Shown here piece by piece: positions 58,801 to 64,000 of a stretch of DNA of 64,000 nucleotides. Where the stretch lies: NCBI GenBank assembly GCA_013239625.1, contig MU057357.1, positions 10,486,505-10,550,504 of the forward strand, read 5' to 3'. The first letter of the stretch is position 1. The number at the start of each line of letters is the position of its first letter. Both the position numbers and the translations under genes were made by a program. Under the pieces are notes generated by a model. That model was not told the DNA's origin and ran no database searches. It worked only from the letters and a program-made list of their open reading frames with translations. Source of the DNA: Lama guanicoe (taxonomy: Eukaryota).

Positions 58801-61800
58801 CTATGAAGAGCATGTATTCTTTAACATTGTTGCTCTTGGGCTATGCTAGCAGAAGTACTTTGTTGGCTTGGATGGAAGTCACCTGTCAATTTAGACAATA
58901 ATTCATTCAAACATTTCAAATAGATTTTAAGATACAACAGACACCTTCAAGTGACCTACCATACACTCTTCTCTCAGAGAAAAGAAGCATTTGACTGCAT
59001 ATTTTTAATCTAGCCAAAATGGAATAAATCTTCATTGTAATCTGAGGTATGGTCTTTTGTCCTTGTGGAACAGAAGAAGGAAGGCAGGTGCAAGTCCCCA
59101 TGTCTTAACTGCACTCTGTGCTCTTTGACATTCACTGTTTAATATCTCTTAAGGTTCTCCTGTTTTTATTTTTATTTGGGTTATGCAAATCCATCATTGG
59201 AAAAAACATGTTCACATTCAGAGCTCAAGTTAGCCTACAAATCTTCTAAATGAAGTGAAGACAGTGCCAAGCTAGGATTCTAGGTACATTATGTATGTTA
59301 TCACATTCAGACTTCACCAAAGTGGTAATGATAGTCTCCCTTTAAACAGCAACTTAGAGGAAAGGGAAGATAAAGAAAAGAAAGGTCACGAGCACTTGGC
59401 AAATGACAACTACATTTGACTCAATTAACCAAATACAAGTGTGCAATGTAATATAATTCTGTGCTTGCTGCTTAGTACCATAAATCATCATCTAATAATG
59501 CTTTAGGGTAGGACATGGTCCCCCGAATAATAATCTCTAACTTGAATTTAACCACAATAGCAGAGTAAAATAAAACACTAACAGTCTTTAAAATACAAAG
59601 TGACTTTCTACACAGTGAGTAGTATCAAATGCAAGGTCATGGTCTACCAAGCAAAAACGCTCTCAGTTCAAATCTTACTTGCATGGAACCCTGACCTTCC
59701 TACGTGGAAAAAAATATTTTTCTATTTTATTTATATTAATTTTTGAACTCTTTGGCCAGTATAAAACCAATGTTTTCAAAGTACTTTCTTTGCCTGTCAT
59801 TTAGAATTAAAACAATTTGCTCCCGAAACACTCCCCTCATTATCTGATGTCAAGTGTTAAAATGAGACTAGGCGAAGTGCTAAAAAATGAAGTCTTTACG
59901 AAAACACCTTGGGTTTCCCTGTAGATAATTCCTGATTATACAGGAGAGTTTTAAGAATAAGGTAGAACCAAGTTTCTACTGTGTTTTCCAATTTCGTTTA
60001 CAGCAGAGCAGCTGAGATAGAGGCAGACGCAGTCTTCTGCTCTTCTCTCCAATAGATGATAAAAGTAAAATTTGAAAAATAAAGACAAATTAGCTAAGTT
60101 GGCAGTTCAATAAAATTTCAGAATCTGAAGATATTTTCTTCTGGGTAAATGGCAGCCCTATGAAAAGCAGCAGAAGAGACTCTCTGAAAGCATGTCTTTT
60201 GCCAGCTGATCACCATAACTCTTCGTATGTATGAATGAATAATACAGAATTTGCTTAGGATAAGCATTGAGAAAGGCTTTGGTAAAATATTATTCAGTTT
60301 AGTTATTCAAAAGGAATTGTATTGAATTTTTCAGAGTATTTCAGTTATAGAAAGCAGGCATGAGATTGTGTTTAATAAAGAGTTGGTTTTTAAAAACAGA
60401 GTGGTATTGTATTTTTGAAACTCCCAACAACGTCAACTGTCTAAAACTGCATTAGCACTCGGTTAATATTCGCGAAAGACAGCAGGTAACAGCCACAGGG
60501 CTCATCCACTGCGAACTGAAGGGCAATCAATCAATATGGGCCACCTTCCTTGTTCTTCCTTCCCTTCTTCCAATTTTTCCAGTTGTTTCTATTTCAATCT
60601 TTACAGCAAACAAATGCTGTTTTTTCTTCTCACTAGAAATGGGAACTGAAAACTTTGAGTAATGTTCCTAGCTAAACTGTATTTTTTAGTAGACAACAAG
60701 CCTGCTTTATTTTTATTTTTTTAGTATCTGAGTAATATCTAGTCAGGTGTCACTTCTTAAGTCCATGAACTAACTCTTTTGAAAGCTTGGGACATTAGGG
60801 ATACAGATTTCAGATCTTTTTTTTTTTTTAATTCAAACCAGATACATTTGCATGTATAGTTCTTGTTACTATTGTGTTTCAAGCTTTCTTGAATTGGTTA
60901 TGCTCTGTTTTCCTAAATCCTTGAACTCAAACCAAAATGAGTTATCTTATTCACAATTATGTAAGTATGACTTAAATTGTCCCGATTATCTGCTGGCTCC
61001 AGATGGCTCGTGTACAGAGCCCCACAACTTAGAGAGATTGGCTTCAGTTTTTTAACAACTAGATCAAATTAATTACTGGCAGCTTCAAAGGCTGTTTAAA
61101 GCAAAAAGGGTTTCCTACCCAAATTTCTCAGTTTGGCGTGCAGAATTGCATCGTATGCTTCAGTCTAAGCTGCTGTCCAACGGGTTCTGGTACTAAAAGC
61201 ACACAGACATGTATATTCATTTCAAGATTTATTTTCCCCAACTTCATTAGGAACACCTAAAACCATTGGCTCCTCCGACATCTAAGGCATCTGTGTCACA
61301 AAAGTATTTAGTGAATTTCTCAGGATCACACTGGCAAGTACAAATCAAGCATGGATAAGAAGCTAGGGTCTTATCTCCCTGCCTCTGCCTTCCCATACCA
61401 CATGATAACCATTGCATGGCTTTTTTCCAGCCTTGAGTGACAGTATATTTTGTTTCAATAGTGCTTCTGAATAAGCATAGTTTGATTAATGGAAAAATTT
61501 AGACACCTTTTAGTTTTTCAAACTGTTTTTATAAGTATTATGCAGGTATATTACAAATATATATATACACCACTCTATGTCATGGCCAGAAGTTATTGAC
61601 AAATGCTCAGAGAAAGAAATGTTAGCCTAATAATGAATTATGGTCCTGTTCACACTTTCATTGTCAAAGTTAGTAATTGCCTTAAAATAGCCAAAAAAAA
61701 GTTTTACATTCAATAAACCTCTTCATATTTTACACCAGGGAACCACCTTACCTAACTTAATTCAAATTATGTTAGAGACTGGTTTCACTCACAATATGTC

Positions 61801-62489
61801 ATGCACATGGTAATTTCTTGATAGGCTTGGAGCCTGAAAAACGGACCTTGTGTGTGATATGGTGTTGGAATAGTGGTTCCCCACTGGATACCTTTATCCA
61901 GAAGCACCTGCCTCATCCTTGGGCTTCCAGGAAAGTCTGACTCCAGCTATTTTCCAACAACTCTTAGTTGTGTCACTTTGACTGTTTGGCATAAAACAAA
62001 AACATTGCTATTTCTTTCTGGAGTTTATAATATTTGAGGTATTTGTCAGCTATTTTAAGTTTGTTTTTTGCTATGTTTCTTCCCCTCTCCTCTAAATATG
62101 CATTTTTGTACCTAATTTTGTATGCTGTCTTTTAAAATATGACCTCAAAATCTTACAGGCTTAGCTCTGGCTTTAGGTATGATTAATTCACAGAAGAACC
62201 AAAACTAGACACTGGGAAATCCTGCAGAGCTGGTAAATGGATGAGCTAGGAGAGGGACCCCGTGTCCTGATTCACCCACAGGTGCTGAGTCACTGGACTA
62301 TCCTGTGCCCCAGGCAGTGCCTCAGGCTGTAACGGACATCTGAGGATCCAGACTGTGTTGTCTCACTTAGAAATCTGGTCCCACATGGAGAATGCACTCT
62401 CTCTGAACTAAATATTAGTCAATCTAAAGAAAATATCTTAAGAGGGAACTCAGGTCCACAAAAAGAAGCATTCTTTCGACCATAGGCAA

Positions 62490-62650
62490 GGCAATGCTCC
62501 CGAATCCAAAATTCTCTGAATTACACCTTCTCTATCAACAGCACGGAGATAGTGATTATTCTAAATTGTTAGAGGAATAAATGGGACTCTGCATACACAG
62601 CATACAGCACGGTATCTGGCACATACAAAGGCTCAATAAATGTAATTTAA
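62490..62650 (+). mobile_element. MIR fragment
   Basis: ttgttagaggaataaatggga...agcacggtatctggcacatacaaaggctcaataaatgt. Confidence 0.7.
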
Positions 62651-62784
62651 TTTAGCTTTAGGGTGGCTGATCTAAAAAAAATGAGAAGGAATTAGAATGC
62701 TAAATAATAGTAGCAGTCAGGGAAACGTGCATAAAACACTATCACCACTTTAAAAATAAGAACAAAATTAAAGCCTCTACTTGC

Positions 62785-63060
62785 TTATTGAAAAGGTGAC
62801 ATGAAAGTAAAAACTAGAAAGAGCTGAGGGAGAGAGAGCCATGAAGTATCCGGGGGCAGAGCATCCTGGGCCCCATTTGAATGATTATGAGGAAACCAGT
62901 GTAGCCGGAGTGAAGAGGGAGAGAAACACGGAAAATGAGGGTGAGGTCAGGGCACACTCTGTGGGGCCTTATGTGCCATCATGGTGAGGACTTTTTATTG
63001 TGAGTGAGCTGGAGTGCCACTAAATGGTCTTTAACAGACGAATACCTGATCTGTGCTCGG
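62785..63060 (-). mobile_element. L2 fragment
   Basis: tgaaaaggtgacatgaaagtaaa...gagagagccatgaagtatccggggg...gaggaaaccagtgtagccggagtga...gagtgagctggagtgccact. Confidence 0.7.
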
Positions 63061-63619
63061 GTGTTAAGCTGGTAAGCATGACCTTCATTCCTGGACTAAC
63101 CATTGCAAAATGGCAAACTAAAAGCTAAAAGGCATGATAATTAGATTTCCTCCCATATCCTGCCCCACCTAAGCTTGGATCTTGGCCAGCATATGAACCT
63201 TTTGGTTTTGGATTCACCTTCAGACATATGTCATCATGTGTTTGTCCCTCAGAAGAGCTGCGCTTCCTCTTGTTTCCATTTCAGAATTGCAGCCATCTTC
63301 TTCCAGTACCTTGAGGAGTCAGATCTAATCTTTGGACTTTGTCTGCTTCTTCGGCCAACTGTATATTAACAAAACCCCAGCTGTGACCCAGTATCTAATT
63401 CTTAATAGTACAGAAGCTTAACGAAAGAGGTAATCTTGCTTTCCACTCTGCAAGTAAAACACCTAGCAGAGTGCTGTATGAATCATCAGTTACTATGTAT
63501 ACTGAGTCAGGCAGATAGTCCTTTAGCATTGAGAGTTGGATTCCAGAGTTCCCTTGGTGAGAATCAGAGCAATGGTGGGGTTAGTAGAAGGAGAAAGAAA
63601 ATGAGAAATTGTATGTCTT

Positions 63620-64000
63620 CATTTTATATGCAGAGCTGCTACAGCTTTGAGGTGAGAGCACGCTTGGTGTGTCTGAGGAAAGAGCTGAGGAAAAAAGAAA
63701 GAGTGGTAGGAGATAAAATGAGACATGTAGCAGGAGTGAGCTCATTATACTGCTGTGAAGTTCATCATAAGACCTGTGGCTTTTACTCTGAGTGCAATGG
63801 AAAGCCACTGAGAGCTTTGAGCAGAGAAGTGACCCATTCTGACTTCCATTTATAAAGGAGCATTCTGGCTGCTCTATCAGGAAGAGACTTAGGGAAGCAA
63901 CGGCCGAAGCAGGGAGAAACAGTACGACTACTTTAATAACCAGAGGGAGAGAGAGAATATGGACATGGGAGAATGATGGTGGCTTGGGTAAGATGGTAGC
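63620..64000 (-). mobile_element. L2a fragment
   Basis: tggcttttactctgagtgcaatggaaagccactggagagctttgagcagagaagtgac...tctgacttccatttataaaggagcattctggctgct...gatggtggcttggg. Confidence 0.85.

Larger units (their letters stand above)
21437..64000 (-). other. TMEFF2: Part of the large TMEFF2 intron upstream of the exon (intron 4 equivalent), with its polypyrimidine tract and acceptor at 21437-21470
   Basis: Acceptor ...ctacag at 21437-21438 (minus). I found no upstream TMEFF2 exon. The human intron is recalled as >100 kb. Confidence 0.85.

Noticed and set aside
63436-63855. 139-aa ORF at the window end
   Set aside because: Largely an antisense reading of an L2a fragment, with a TTG start.

Overview
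AT-rich mammalian genomic DNA, most likely from a camelid (alpaca, llama or camel). The taxon call rests on tRNA-Ala(AGC)-derived Vic-1-type SINEs and camelid-type L1 3' ends. The only protein-coding sequence I can support is a 97-bp internal exon on the minus strand (21340-21436) encoding (V)HEGSGETSQKETSTCDICQFGAECDEDAEDV(W). This is TMEFF2 (tomoregulin-2), the linker and start of the second follistatin/Kazal module; from memory it corresponds to human exon 5. The rest of the window is the two large flanking introns, filled with MIR, L2, L1, MaLR/ERVL LTRs, hAT/Tigger DNA-transposon relics, microsatellites and one 229-N assembly gap. None of the supplied ORFs looks like a real gene, and there is no prokaryote-type system (operon, CRISPR, defence locus). 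The best leads are: a CpG-retaining TATA/first-exon-like module at ~52.1-52.5 kb; a strong antisense exon candidate at 2691-2752; a candidate sense poison exon that would place a stop right after the TMEFF2 exon; a reused L1-endonuclease site carrying an L1 tail and a duplicated SINE; a 32-nt U2 retro-fragment with target-site duplications; and several short templated duplications. Repeat family names come from my recall of consensus sequences, old-repeat boundaries are approximate, and both need RepeatMasker/Dfam confirmation.
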